This document shows, in pieces, positions 1 through 11,449 of a stretch of 64,000 bases of DNA; the stretch's first letter is position 1, and the number at the start of each line of letters is the position of its first letter. This stretch comes from an uncultured Nitrososphaerales archaeon (GTDB lineage Archaea; Thermoproteota; Nitrososphaeria; Nitrososphaerales; Nitrososphaeraceae), in assembly GCA_963695855.1 (NCBI GenBank), contig CAVOHZ010000010.1:1440001-1504000 (forward strand), read 5' to 3'. Under the pieces are notes generated by a model. It was not told the origin of the DNA, did no database searches, and was given only the letters and a program-made list of their open reading frames with translations. The position numbers and the translations under genes are program-made.

Positions 1-393
1 TTTACAATCATAATAAAGTCATACATCTATAGAGAAATTTATTTAACTTTATTCGTGGAAGGTTATATATGGTTGTAACAAAGGTTAGCAAACAGATTTG
101 TCTAACCGAACACGGTCAAAACTATAGTTGTAGACTTAAAAAGAAAATACGTCTAATCAAATATCAAATATAGTGATCGAAAACGAACTAAGAAGAACTT
201 TACTCATCTTGGTGCTTTATATTTCAAGATGGAACTCGGTTTACTGCAAAAATCATACAGAAATGACGAAAATACAACATTCTAAATGGCGAATATTTGG
301 AAAAGACAATAAGAAAAGAAAATAGTGGATGGGTGCTTTGGTTTATTTATGTCAGACTACTTTACATAATTATAATAACAATAAACCTCTTAA

Positions 394-2343
394 ATGGACT
401 CATCTATGCCATCCTCTAAAAAATCAATTCCTGCTTCTTCTTGGAAAGTAGTAGCAATCCTAAGTTTCATTGCTACAATGGTTATGTATGCTGAGACTAT
501 GCTAGTACCAGGTATTCCTGTTCTAATCAAGGATTTTAATATCCTCTATAGTACGTCATCTTGGATACTTTCAATATATCTAATAACGGCCGCTATTATG
601 ACTCCTGTTGCTGGCAAGTTATCAGATATCTATGGCAAAAAGAGGATTTTGCTTATAATAATGATATTTTATACAGTTGGAGTTTCCATTGCAGGATTTT
701 CAACAAACATAGACTTTATGCTAATTGCAAGAGCATTCCAAGGAGTTGGATTATCAATGTTTCCAATTGCATTTAGTATTGTGAGAGCTCAATTTCCTAG
801 AGAAAAAATGGCAATAGGTCAAGGAATAATCACTTCTATGTATGGAGGTGGTGCCGTAATAGGTCTTTTAATGGGAGGAATCATAATTCAACACTTCAGT
901 TGGCATTTCACATTTTTTACACTATTACCAATTGCCATTATACTTCTATTTGTAATTTGGCGTTTCATTCATGTAAATGAAGAAGAAATAGAACAAACGA
1001 GAGTAAAACAAGAACAAGACCTACAAACAGATCATATAGAGAGAAAAAACAATTCTGAATCTGTTAAAAGAGAAACAACAATACCATCATCATCATCAAC
1101 AAACAATAAATCTATTATTACTAGCCACACCAGTATAGATGTAAAAGGTGCAATAACACTTGCAGTTACTATAACATCATTTTTAATTGTACTCACCTAC
1201 TGGGAAATAGGAAGTAATAATAATAATTCTGTTACTAGTAATCCATTAACAATAACTATTACAAGTATTTTTATTATAGGAATTATTTCTTTAGTGCTAT
1301 TCATATTTGTAGAAAAAAGAGCATCATCACCACTCTTTGACTTTAGCCTGATGTTGAACAAAAGGATACTTCTACCTACTCTCATAATCATATTTGTTGG
1401 TATTTCGATGTTTATCGTTTTTCAGACAATACCTATTCTAATTGAAAATCCTCTACCTGTTGGATTTGGTGGAGATCCTATTAGTGCTACCCATGTACAA
1501 TTACCGTTCGCTCTTATATTTCTCATATTTGGACCAATATCAGGCATTTTAGTCGCCAAATTAGGTTCAATGAAACCACTTTTACTAGGTACAATTGTGA
1601 CCGGAATTGGGTTCTTTGGTATTGTAATCTTCCATTCAACTGAATTCTTTTTATCCTTAAATCTTGCGATTATTTCTATAGGCCTATCATTGTCTAGCAT
1701 AGGTGCTCAAAATGTCATTATATTATCTATTCCTAGACAGAATAGTGGGGCATCACTTGGTATGACAAGTTTTATGCGGCTTGTAGGAAGTTCTATAGCT
1801 CCCGCACTGTCGGGTATGTTTATGCAGAGATATCAATATACTCTAAATATAGAAGGAAAACTACAATCCTTTCCATCTTCTGAAGCATATAATCTCATAT
1901 TTCTAACTGGTGTAATCCTGTCTATAATATCTGTATGTATATCTCTACTTTTATTGAAAAATATGCCACCTAAATGTCAAAACCATTTACCAGAGGAAAA
2001 AGGAGCCGTGGGTACAACAATAACCGAAAATATAAAAAAAGGGATCCTCTCATGGCCAGGTGTTACATCTAACCCATATCAATTTGGTGGTATTGAATTT
2101 CGTGTTAATAAAAGAGATATGGGCCATATACATGGTGAAAAGCTTGCCGACCTACCATTTCCTATTGAAATCCGAAAAGAGGTCATAGCCTCAGGAAAAG
2201 CATTACCTCACATTATATACCCAGAATCTATGTGGGTAAGCTATATCATTCATAGTGAAGATGATATTTCTAAGGTTATAGATCTGTTCCGATTACAATA
2301 TGAGCGACTAAAAAATAAACCCACGATATTACCCAGAAGATGA
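394..2343 (+). CDS. MFS drug-efflux-type transporter (about 14 TM) fused to a C-terminal DUF5519/luciferase-like soluble domain
   Basis: Motif A GKLSDIYGKK, RAFQGVG and many hydrophobic helices; soluble tail WPGV..FGGIEFRV...MGHIHG..LADLPFP...PH...PES.WVS. Confidence 0.85.
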   Translation: MDSSMPSSKKSIPASSWKVVAILSFIATMVMYAETMLVPGIPVLIKDFNILYSTSSWILSIYLITAAIMTPVAGKLSDIYGKKRILLIIMIFYTVGVSIAGFSTNIDFMLIARAFQGVGLSMFPIAFSIVRAQFPREKMAIGQGIITSMYGGGAVIGLLMGGIIIQHFSWHFTFFTLLPIAIILLFVIWRFIHVNEEEIEQTRVKQEQDLQTDHIERKNNSESVKRETTIPSSSSTNNKSIITSHTSIDVKGAITLAVTITSFLIVLTYWEIGSNNNNSVTSNPLTITITSIFIIGIISLVLFIFVEKRASSPLFDFSLMLNKRILLPTLIIIFVGISMFIVFQTIPILIENPLPVGFGGDPISATHVQLPFALIFLIFGPISGILVAKLGSMKPLLLGTIVTGIGFFGIVIFHSTEFFLSLNLAIISIGLSLSSIGAQNVIILSIPRQNSGASLGMTSFMRLVGSSIAPALSGMFMQRYQYTLNIEGKLQSFPSSEAYNLIFLTGVILSIISVCISLLLLKNMPPKCQNHLPEEKGAVGTTITENIKKGILSWPGVTSNPYQFGGIEFRVNKRDMGHIHGEKLADLPFPIEIRKEVIASGKALPHIIYPESMWVSYIIHSEDDISKVIDLFRLQYERLKNKPTILPRR

Positions 2344-2561
2344 AATTTATTATGATGAAAGAAGAACTATTTGATAAAGACAAAATAAATAATAATAAAA
2401 ATAATGAAAGAAAATAAATAGGTTTCAAATAATGACAATTCTAGAATTATATATATATTTTCTTGAATATACCGTGGCTATTAATAAAAAAGACTATAAA
2501 ATATTCTGTTATTACTAACAATATAAACAAATAATAAAATGACTAGACTCATTTACGTCTG

Positions 2562-3749
2562 TTATAAACCCTTAGTATTTATACCTTGAATCACTTTATT
2601 TGTCTGCAGTTCTCCATCTTTTATAGAATTCTTTATGACATTTACTGAGAAATCAGCATTTTCATAAAGATTAGAATCTTTTTCTTCTCGTGTTATATAA
2701 TATGTTTCCTTAATTTCTGCACCATGGTTTTCTGATATTCTTTTATATCTTTTACGAATTCTTTCAAATTTCTTTATATCTTCTTTATTTTGTGAATTAA
2801 AATTATTTTCAAGCATATTATAAAGATCTTTTATTAGCTTCAAATAGACTGTAAAAGCTTTGGACATTTTTATATTGTGCATTGTTTTATCGCTAAACAA
2901 AATGTCACGTGTCCTATGTTGCACCTCAAACAAATTATCAGGTAAATTATCAATTTTTTTTGGATAATTTTCAACTAGAAAGATCCGTTTATTTTTTGAT
3001 GGAGAAGCATCAATGACTTCTCTTAGCGGGGTATTACTAAGTAAACTACCATCCCATGCGAACATACCCTCTTCTACTTCTACCCATTGAAAATAGTAAT
3101 TAGGATAAGCAGTTGCAGCAAGTATATGTTTTGGAGTTATTTGTTGCTTAGAACTATCAAATGCTAATGGTTCTGCTGTCAAAACATTAACTGCAGTTAT
3201 TATTAAACGACTATCAGGATTACCATTGGGTTGTAGTTTGTTAAAATCAAGATATTTTTCTAATGTTTTTATTAGTGGAGAATGATCATATAAATATGTC
3301 CATTTATTAGGATTAAAATATTCTGGATCACTGAAAGCATATTCTGCATTCCAACGTGGAATAAAGACCTTATTATTTCCAAAAACTGCTGATTTATAGA
3401 ATGATGAAATAGACTTGATTTGTGAACCATGAATATTTCTTGAATGGTCCGCTACCGAAGTTAATGGATTTGTTAATCCATATGATAACCACTTAGTAAA
3501 AGGATATGAATGAGAGTTTATATCACCTTCTGCTAGTTCTAACCAGAATTGCTCTAATGCCTTTTCAGGACTATATTTCTGTTTACATCCAGCAATGATT
3601 GAAGCGTTTACTCCACCAATTGATGTACCAGCAACTATGTCTATTTTTATATTATTTTTTACAAGTGCTTTAAAAACACCGCATGCGAAAGCACCTAGAG
3701 AACCACCACCCTGAAGTATTAGAACATTTTCAATTTCATCCGATGGCAT
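2562..3749 (-). CDS. Patatin-like phospholipase
   Basis: LQGGGSLG oxyanion motif, GTSIG nucleophile elbow, WDG catalytic Asp. Confidence 0.9.
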   Translation of the reverse strand: MPSDEIENVLILQGGGSLGAFACGVFKALVKNNIKIDIVAGTSIGGVNASIIAGCKQKYSPEKALEQFWLELAEGDINSHSYPFTKWLSYGLTNPLTSVADHSRNIHGSQIKSISSFYKSAVFGNNKVFIPRWNAEYAFSDPEYFNPNKWTYLYDHSPLIKTLEKYLDFNKLQPNGNPDSRLIITAVNVLTAEPLAFDSSKQQITPKHILAATAYPNYYFQWVEVEEGMFAWDGSLLSNTPLREVIDASPSKNKRIFLVENYPKKIDNLPDNLFEVQHRTRDILFSDKTMHNIKMSKAFTVYLKLIKDLYNMLENNFNSQNKEDIKKFERIRKRYKRISENHGAEIKETYYITREEKDSNLYENADFSVNVIKNSIKDGELQTNKVIQGINTKGL

Positions 3750-3847
3750 ACTAAAAAATAATATTCGTTATAATAATTTATAGCTATTATTTTAATATAC
3801 AGTTATTAGTAATGAATTCTAAGACAAACAATGGCAATCTAAATCTG

Positions 3848-4576
3848 GGCTCTGTTCAGATAAGCAGCAAAAGATATAGCTGAGAATATTCTAAATATAC
3901 TATGAAAATCAAATTTGAAAGAAATAAAACATCTTCTTTTATTGTAATGTATTCTCTTTATCTATATTCTCTTGGTTTAAGTTTAAGAAATACTTCTAAA
4001 GCATTAACTATATTTAGAGAGGAGAAGAGAAGTTATGTTTATGTTTGGAATTGGATTCAGAGATTTGGATCCTGTCAGATCTATAACAGAAAAAGAATAA
4101 CTGCTTTTATTATTATAGATGAGACCATTATTCAGATTGGTAACCAGCACTTTCTGGTTATGGTTTTGTATTGAACCAGTCCACAGTTCTGTGCTTGGAA
4201 TCTATCTCTCAGAAGAGAGAAACATGATAGTTGCTGAAAAGTTCATAAGGTCTCTTGTATCAAAATATGGAAAACATGTCGTGTATACAGATAATGGAGG
4301 TACATGGTATGATAAAGCATGTAACGTAATTGGATTAAAACAGTATCTACACTCACCATTTCAGAAAAATTTTGATGGAAAGAGTCAACCAGTATTTGAA
4401 AGACAGAATAGAAAGTTTTGATGACTACTCTCCTTGTAGGCAAAAAGAGGAATGCAATCTATTTCATGTACATAACTGGATACAATTCTTTGTTTCGATG
4501 TATAATGATACTATAGCAAATAATAAGAATTATTTTTGGTTAAAGGAGGTGGATATTATCTTAAATTAACACAGCC
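3848..4576 (+). mobile_element. IS6-family element; transposase broken by two frameshifts
   Basis: Imperfect TIRs GGCTCTGTT / AACACAGCC; fragments LSLRN, IDET, VYTD, MER.N...KDR spread over ORFs 3902, 4119 and 4372. Confidence 0.85.
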
Positions 4577-4661
4577 CAATTAAATAATATAGATCACAAG
4601 TATTATATCGTAGAATACCTTATCAATAGTATGACAGTCATAAAATTGGAAGTATCCTTTA

Positions 4662-5138
4662 ATGATAATGTTAATAATAATGATAATGTTAATAATAAAA
4701 TCTTCTAAGAGGGGACCAAGAATAGAAGAGAGAAAATTTCTAAAATCAATATGTAAGAATCTTGTAAATAAACTATGTGAAACAATATATGTAGGCATAA
4801 TAGATAATAACAAAAAACTACTTACTGGTACTTCAAACCAATATAATATAGATCTCTATTCATATTATGAATTTAGTAAAGAACGTATAATCAAATCACA
4901 AATATATGATGCATTTACATTTTACTATATTATAAGAGACATAGATTTAAGTCAAGATTTGACAAGTATTGATTACTTTGATTATGTAGCTATCTATAAT
5001 CCAATAGATAAAAGAATCAAGTTAATTATTATACCCTTGAAACATATTTATGATAACCATAAATACAATTTGTGTATATATCTTAATTCCCAAAAACCTG
5101 TAGAATCTATTACAAAAACAATTTTTAATCTAATATAG
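4662..5138 (+). CDS. Hypothetical protein
   Basis: 158 aa ORF; 18-bp tandem duplication at the 5' end makes the start uncertain. Confidence 0.5.
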   Translation: MIMLIIMIMLIIKSSKRGPRIEERKFLKSICKNLVNKLCETIYVGIIDNNKKLLTGTSNQYNIDLYSYYEFSKERIIKSQIYDAFTFYYIIRDIDLSQDLTSIDYFDYVAIYNPIDKRIKLIIIPLKHIYDNHKYNLCIYLNSQKPVESITKTIFNLI

Positions 5139-5577
5139 ATAACCTAATCCATTACAGTGAAAACCGATTGTCCTGATAGCATCCTTCTAGTAAATAAATA
5201 TCATTACAATGATTAAAGAACGAAAAGCAAGCAAGAATTCTTAAAATCTGTCTTGATATATGAATTGAATATGAGTTGATACCTGCTACAAATAGAAAAC
5301 CCTTATAATATTTTTCCTAAATTATTCTTATTTGCAGATGAGAAACTTTGAGATGTTAAATAACAAGAGAATAGGTTGGACAAAAAAACGAGAGACTGAT
5401 AAGAAGAAAATATCTCATAATATTAAACAGAAGATTAAACAGAAAAGATTATACAAACTTTAGTTTAGTAAACGCGATCGCTCTTATACGTCTGAATATA
5501 TACTTCGATTCTGTATGAACGGAAATGATTAAAAATTTTCGTCTATCATTTATATATTTTGTCTAGGTAAAAATTAC

Positions 5578-6051
5578 GTGAAAATACTAAATGCTGGACC
5601 AGATTTTAGCAAACCGATGACTAAAAACGAAGTGATAAAATTTCTTACCACTGGTAAAAGAAATATCTATCTTGGTACTATAGATAAGAAGAACGAACCA
5701 AATATTCATCCAACTTCGTATTATTTTGATCCTGATCAACTGAAGTTTTATGTTGAAACTTACAAATTTTCTAAAAAAATAGAAAACATGAAAAAGAATA
5801 ACATAATATATTTTTGTGTAGATAAACCGACTATACCATACAAAGGTGTACGTGGGAAAGCGAAAACATCATTAAAAGAAGATCTTGATTTTACTGTTTC
5901 TATATGTGAGAAAAATCTGATGAAATATTTGGGTAGTCTAGAACATCCAATGTCCAAAGTTATATTGAATCGTGCAAAAAAAGGAAACTCTATAGTCATT
6001 GAAGTAGCTCCTTTGTATTTTTCAACTTGGGATGATAGTAAAATCATATAA
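5578..6051 (+). CDS. Pyridoxamine 5'-phosphate oxidase-like (PPOX) flavin-binding protein
   Basis: LGTID...PNIHP, SKKIEN.....IYFCVD, YKGVRGK. Confidence 0.8.
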   Translation: MKILNAGPDFSKPMTKNEVIKFLTTGKRNIYLGTIDKKNEPNIHPTSYYFDPDQLKFYVETYKFSKKIENMKKNNIIYFCVDKPTIPYKGVRGKAKTSLKEDLDFTVSICEKNLMKYLGSLEHPMSKVILNRAKKGNSIVIEVAPLYFSTWDDSKII

Positions 6052-6298
6052 TTAATTTATGATATGTTATATCTTTTAAATTCTTATAGAAAACTACAAA
6101 AGTGCAAACAACCTGTATAATATTGCACTATAAACGATGATAGTATCAGATTCGGTTACTCCTAAGCAGTGTCGAATATTTTGATTCGTCTCTAAGAATT
6201 CATGGCTGAATTTGAATAATCATCAGATTTGAGAGAGATGAATTTCTTTCGTACATATATCCAAAGAATAATTAATTGAAGCTAGTAGTTCTTTTACA

Positions 6299-6892
6299 TT
6301 GATAATTGAAAATCCATTATTGATAGTAGTAATTGTTTCCTTATGTTTACTTGTTTCTACAAATAATAATATTAATCCAGCACAATCATTAGTTTTTCCA
6401 GAAGATGACATTTCCCAAAATAGCAATAAAAATAAAATAGTTATTTACAATGATAAGGAGAACTACAAAGATACGGAACAAAAAAAAGTACAATCCAAAT
6501 CTGCAGTACCATCTCCCAAAGAATATGAGCCTCAAGATGATGATATAGAATTAGAAGGTACAGTCAATTATATTGTTGATGGAGATACTCTAGATATTAA
6601 CGATATAAGAATAAGACTTTCTCTTGTAGATACGCCTGAACGAGCGCAAGAAGGATACAAGGAGGCAAAAGAATTTGTCAAGAAACTCTGTCTTAATAAA
6701 AAAGGTCAGGTAGACATTGATGACGGCCAGCGTAGGGGTGACAGATACGGAAGAGAGATTGGCATAGTTTTTTGTGATGGGGTTAATATCAATAAAGCAT
6801 TGATGGATAATAATTTGGCTAAGATTTATACAGAATATTGCGATATCTCTGAATTTAAGAATGAAAACTGGACCAAACCAGATTGTCAATAA
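6299..6892 (+). CDS. Secreted thermonuclease (SNase-like)
   Basis: Signal peptide; VDGDT, IRLSLVDTPE, DRYGR motifs. Confidence 0.9.
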   Translation: MIIENPLLIVVIVSLCLLVSTNNNINPAQSLVFPEDDISQNSNKNKIVIYNDKENYKDTEQKKVQSKSAVPSPKEYEPQDDDIELEGTVNYIVDGDTLDINDIRIRLSLVDTPERAQEGYKEAKEFVKKLCLNKKGQVDIDDGQRRGDRYGREIGIVFCDGVNINKALMDNNLAKIYTEYCDISEFKNENWTKPDCQ

Positions 6893-6971
6893 TTGTAACT
6901 GAAAATTAAAATTTGGACATCCAAGTATTTTAGTTCTTCCCTTTTTTGGTGAAATAATTACGATTCATAAC

Positions 6972-7216
6972 TAAAGCCATCTGCCGTACGATCAAATCTT
7001 TGTAGGTCTGGAGGTAACACTCAATTTTTTGTCTGGAATATATTTACAATCGAAATCTGATGTTCGAGATGATATACAAATGTCAGGATATGAGGAATCC
7101 CATTTCTCAAATTGCACTTCTTTTTGATTATGAGAAAATAAAAGAAATGTGATATCAATAAAAGAAGTACTAATTGAGATAAATCTAACTAATCTAACTC
7201 TCATTTTTACCCTCAT
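6972..7216 (-). pseudogene. Decayed small secreted Excalibur-like Ca-binding/Cys domain gene
   Basis: DSSYPDICIS..DFDCKYIPDK, then after a frame change PPD..RFD..ADG; resembles the CDPSYPDFCIP..DLDC..PPDPHRFDGD domain. Confidence 0.55.
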
Positions 7217-7403
7217 AAAGATTATAATAGATTTCTAGATAGAATCGATTGATCTAATATCAAGATTATATCATACGCTCCACATTTGACAAATTGACAT
7301 TATGATCATAATCCATGGTCTTTAAAAATACAGCATTGGAAAGAAATGATACTTTCTGAAAGTTATCCGGAAAGACTAATTTTAACTACAGAAGATATCC
7401 TAT

Positions 7404-8292
7404 TTAAAAAAAATCTGATATTGATGACTGTTTTGTCTTATTATAATTTAAATCATTAAATTTTGAATAATTTTCATTTCCCATGTTCTCGATAAAAGGT
7501 TTATAATCTAAAATTGGGAATGTTATCTTCTCCTTCAGGTTCATCAGCTCTCCGAACATCTTTGCAGTCATGGGACCAAAACCAGCGTAGTGATTATTTG
7601 ATGATACGATTGCTGTCTTTATGATTGCCTCATTATTCTTTACATCATTTAAAATATTGGACCATTTCTCCATCTCAAGCTTTCTATCTTTTTGTATCTT
7701 TCCAAAATCCTTGTCAAAAATACTTCTATCGCCTATCAATCTCAAATATACAAAATCTGTAGTCATTACCGGAGGAGTGACTAGTTTATCTTGTTGACTC
7801 CATACAATACAAAAATCATTTTGTTTAAAGTAATTGAAAGCTGAGATCATTAAACCAACTATGATGTCTGACTTCTATAGCATATCTATATGAGTTATCC
7901 AATTGGGACTCTAGATTTTTCAGGAAATTAAGTCCTTCAGTAACGTCAAGCCACGGAGGTAACTGTATGAGAAAAGCGACTAACTTTTTTTGTAAAGGTT
8001 TCATTACCTCGAAAAATCGTGGTACATTTTCAAAAAGGCCATCATCAACTTGTTTCTCATGCGTTATAACCTTTGGAAATTTGACAGCGAATTTGAAATC
8101 TTCTGGTGTTCTTCTTGCCCAATTCTGGACCACAAGCCTAGAAGGTATTCTGTAAAAGGTAGAATCTATCTCAACGAATTTAAAAATTTGAGAATAATAT
8201 GAAAGCCACTCTCGAGTATCTAGGTCCTCAGGATAGAATGGACCTTTCCATGCATCATAACTCCATCCCGAACAACCAAGATAAAATTTCAA
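7404..8292 (-). pseudogene. DUF72 family protein, one frameshift near 7845
   Basis: GCSGWSY..W, VEIDSTFY, K.PK.ITH, AIEVRH..W in the first ORF; VYLRL.G, NNHYAG in the second. Confidence 0.85.
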
Positions 8293-8579
8293 TACATTAT
8301 ATTATATTTTCATTGCAAAAACCTTTTAGAAAATTAAGATTAATAAAAAAGTGAATAATTGGTTACAACATTTTTCTGGGTGAGACATATTCAACTTTTC
8401 AAAAAGTAGTTTACTATTTTTCAACAGCGAGGGTACTCTTTATTTTATGCGAATTTTAGCTACATCCTTAAATTTCTTTATTATTCTTATTTATTATCCT
8501 TAGATCTATATTGTATAATCAAGATAAATTAAAACTGAATTTTCTCCAAATAGTTCTCAAAATCAAATCAATAGTATAT

Positions 8580-9101
8580 TTATTTTTTAACTTGTCCTAT
8601 TAATTCCAGTTTATTTTCGGGTTGATATAATTTGACTTCAGATTCATATTGGATATCTGGCTTACCAAAAATACCGTTGTCTACATCAAAGCCTAAATCT
8701 CCTTTATAGACAAAAATTTTGTCTTCAGTTTCAGGGTTGTCCGTACTATTAATTAAATGAAATGAACCTGATAATTTGTAATATTTGTATGAAATAGAAT
8801 CGCGGGTAGAATTTGCCTTATCTTCAACCTTCAGTGTTCCCGAAAAAGTTCTCGAATTATCTTTAAATAAATTATCAAATGATGTTTTCTCAAATTTGTA
8901 TAAACAATTAATTTCTGGACAAATTTTATTACCTTGACCTAATGTCATGTTCGTATTCTGAAAATAAAGATAAGAATCTATCAGATTGCCCTTCTTCAAT
9001 GTTGATTTTATCTCAATTGTATCTAAAGATTGAGCAAAGGAATTGGCTATTGGAATAATTGTGAATCCAACAAGAGTCATAATTAGAAATACGCTTATCA
9101 T
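8580..9101 (-). CDS. Secreted hypothetical protein
   Basis: N-terminal signal peptide, 173 aa, CPEINC. Confidence 0.7.
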   Translation of the reverse strand: MISVFLIMTLVGFTIIPIANSFAQSLDTIEIKSTLKKGNLIDSYLYFQNTNMTLGQGNKICPEINCLYKFEKTSFDNLFKDNSRTFSGTLKVEDKANSTRDSISYKYYKLSGSFHLINSTDNPETEDKIFVYKGDLGFDVDNGIFGKPDIQYESEVKLYQPENKLELIGQVKK

Positions 9102-9150
9102 ATTATAAAGAATCGATATTAATTTAAAATATAAATATTTTTATTTGATC

Positions 9151-9612
9151 TTAAGTTACAATATTAGATCTTTTTCTCGCAAACTCAAATATCCTTTTTA
9201 CTTCTTCCCTCTGGCCTTCAGGAACTTCATAGTATACGATAATATCAAGTATCCCGGTCTTGACGTCTTTATCCCTCTGCGAACCATGAACCTTTCCATT
9301 ATGATTCCTTATGATATCTAATAGAACCTCATATTGTTTTTGTACTTCCTTTACTGAACCCTGTAGTAATTCAAAGGAGTTATCCATCTTCGGTTTTGAT
9401 AAAGTTGAATATCGTCCTTTTCTGTATGGAGAAGAAGTGTTTGATGATGTACTTGTAGGTTTGTTACCATAATTGCCTCTATTAGGACAAATATGCTTTT
9501 TGCTTGTATATGCTTCCCAATATTCATTATGGTCTGCATTCCAAAAGATTTGAGTATTACAACCATATATACATGTCTTGAATTTAGTAGCGTCGCTATC
9601 CTTAGAACTCAT
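9151..9612 (-). CDS. Element-associated hypothetical protein with N-terminal C-x-x-G-C...H-x-C Zn-binding motif
   Basis: Clear homolog of 41352..41788 (shared GKVHGSQRD, YYEVP, REEVKR). Confidence 0.8.
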   Translation of the reverse strand: MSSKDSDATKFKTCIYGCNTQIFWNADHNEYWEAYTSKKHICPNRGNYGNKPTSTSSNTSSPYRKGRYSTLSKPKMDNSFELLQGSVKEVQKQYEVLLDIIRNHNGKVHGSQRDKDVKTGILDIIVYYEVPEGQREEVKRIFEFARKRSNIVT

Positions 9613-9618
9613 TTTTTA

Positions 9619-9852
9619 TTACTCACTAAAATTAGATTTCTGAACCTCAGTTTTTTGTATAGCTACTTTTTCTCCATCAGTAAGGATCTGAATGTCATCG
9701 CATAACCACATACATGATTTTTCAGCAACCTCTTTAGGAACACTTGCTATCACAGGAGGATTGGTACGGCCTCTTTTGACTCTTACTTTACGATGGGCAT
9801 AAACACCAAGCTTCTTTGTAGTCATGATTATACTATTAATGACAAATTCCAT
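9619..9852 (-). CDS. AbrB/MazE/SpoVT-like DNA-binding protein
   Basis: RKV....G.....IASVPKEVAEK......D.IQI..DGEKVAIQK pattern. Confidence 0.6.
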   Translation of the reverse strand: MEFVINSIIMTTKKLGVYAHRKVRVKRGRTNPPVIASVPKEVAEKSCMWLCDDIQILTDGEKVAIQKTEVQKSNFSE

Positions 9853-9942
9853 GTATAACTATATCATGTATCGACTATATGTATGTGTCTTATATAACGA
9901 TACTATTGATATAGATCTAACCATATAATACTTATAAAACAA

Positions 9943-10277
9943 ATGGTTTCTAAACAAATTGTAGCACAGAAAACAACAAAAAACAGATGATACGTAAAGG
10001 TATCTATTAGGCATGGTGTGCAACCAGTGACAATAGACAGTTATTTGTAAGAGCTAATCTTTCCTCGTTTGGATATGGTTCCTGCAAGAACTACAAATCG
10101 AAAGGGTCGGAGAAATGTAAACATCTGTATGTGACAAAATCCACTATAAGGAGGGAACTTTGAAAGAGACAGACATAGTACCTACCTGTTATGCTAAAAT
10201 AAATAATAGGATTCACAGTCCAATCAGTATGAGCAGAAGCAACCTAGCCTTGTAAGTCCGACGATCATTCTTTTTAA
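9943..10277 (+). pseudogene. Degraded SWIM Zn-finger gene, homolog of 42453 and 49946
   Basis: MVSKQ...KNR then stop; fragment SSFGYGSCKNYKSKGSEKCKHLY...IRR; ends SDDHSF-stop (family ends DDYSF). Confidence 0.75.
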
Positions 10278-10994
10278 TGAATATTATCTATAATAAGCAC
10301 CAGACTTTAACACTATAGGCCCGCATTAACAACTACAGAAATATAGGCACTGCAAAAACCATATCAAGGTTAAAAATCAGAGAAACACAGAACAGATTGA
10401 TTGATTGATTAGGTGCTTACTAGCAGAATGAGAAGACTTGAAAAACTACCGACTAGATATGGACCAATTCCTTATAGGTAGTACAATATTGTTAGTGTAA
10501 CAGATTAATTAATCCAATTTTTAGATTCAAGATTTTTCAATTTTATCATTGAAAATTAAAGTTTATACGTATCTTAAATTACTCTCTTTTTTTAGATCTA
10601 TTACTATCTTCTCTGTGAAGTAAAGACTTGTAGCATTAAGTTTCTATTTAATGCACATTAGTAAAAAAATTATTAATTAAATAATAAATAAATTATTTAT
10701 TGCCCTAGTGATATTGCTACCGACATAGATTAAAGGATCTTGCATAGAAGTATGAACAAATTTTCTATGGCGAGGTTTGATGAACAGAGACCAAAATAGA
10801 GTATTAATCATAGTATTGGGAAAATAAAAGATTATGAAATATTAAATTATTTTTATTCAATTTTGGTAAAAATAAAATATGAAAATCATTAATTCGTTTT
10901 ATAATATACGCATAAAAAAAATAAAGGAATTTATTTATTTACTAGCTGTCCAATATCTGTATTTTATTTACCACATGTAAGGTGAAATACTTTT

Positions 10995-11360
10995 TCACTT
11001 ACCGGACGTAAATATTTTCTCCAATTCATTATAGAATTCTTTATTAGCTGTTGACTTTGTTAAAGATGTTTGCCATTGTTTTTCTACTGTCTTTATAGTT
11101 AGCTCTACAGCCTTATCAATAGTACTTCCCCATTCTTTTTCAATTATTTTTTTCATTTTTTCTACATGAACTTGTTTCAATGCAGTATAGAAGGAACTTT
11201 CCAATAGAGATTTTGCTGCACTAATTGGGTCCATATCACAGCAAGGAGAGCTATTACAGCTTGTTGTTTCACAACCACATGTATCTACATTACTTTTGTT
11301 TGTTGATTCTCTCATTGTTTCATGACTTTCACAATTTGTTTCACATTGATTTTCAACCAT
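10995..11360 (-). CDS. Hypothetical protein with Cys-rich N-terminus
   Basis: CETNC...CGC...C...CC followed by a helical region; divergent from the HxlR gene. Confidence 0.75.
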   Translation of the reverse strand: MVENQCETNCESHETMRESTNKSNVDTCGCETTSCNSSPCCDMDPISAAKSLLESSFYTALKQVHVEKMKKIIEKEWGSTIDKAVELTIKTVEKQWQTSLTKSTANKEFYNELEKIFTSGK

Positions 11361-11449
11361 TTATCTGTTACCTCGTGTAATATACTATACAAAGGTAAGT
11401 ATTTAAACTAGTAAGTTATAAACTAGTAAGTAGGTGAAATTTTAGTAAC

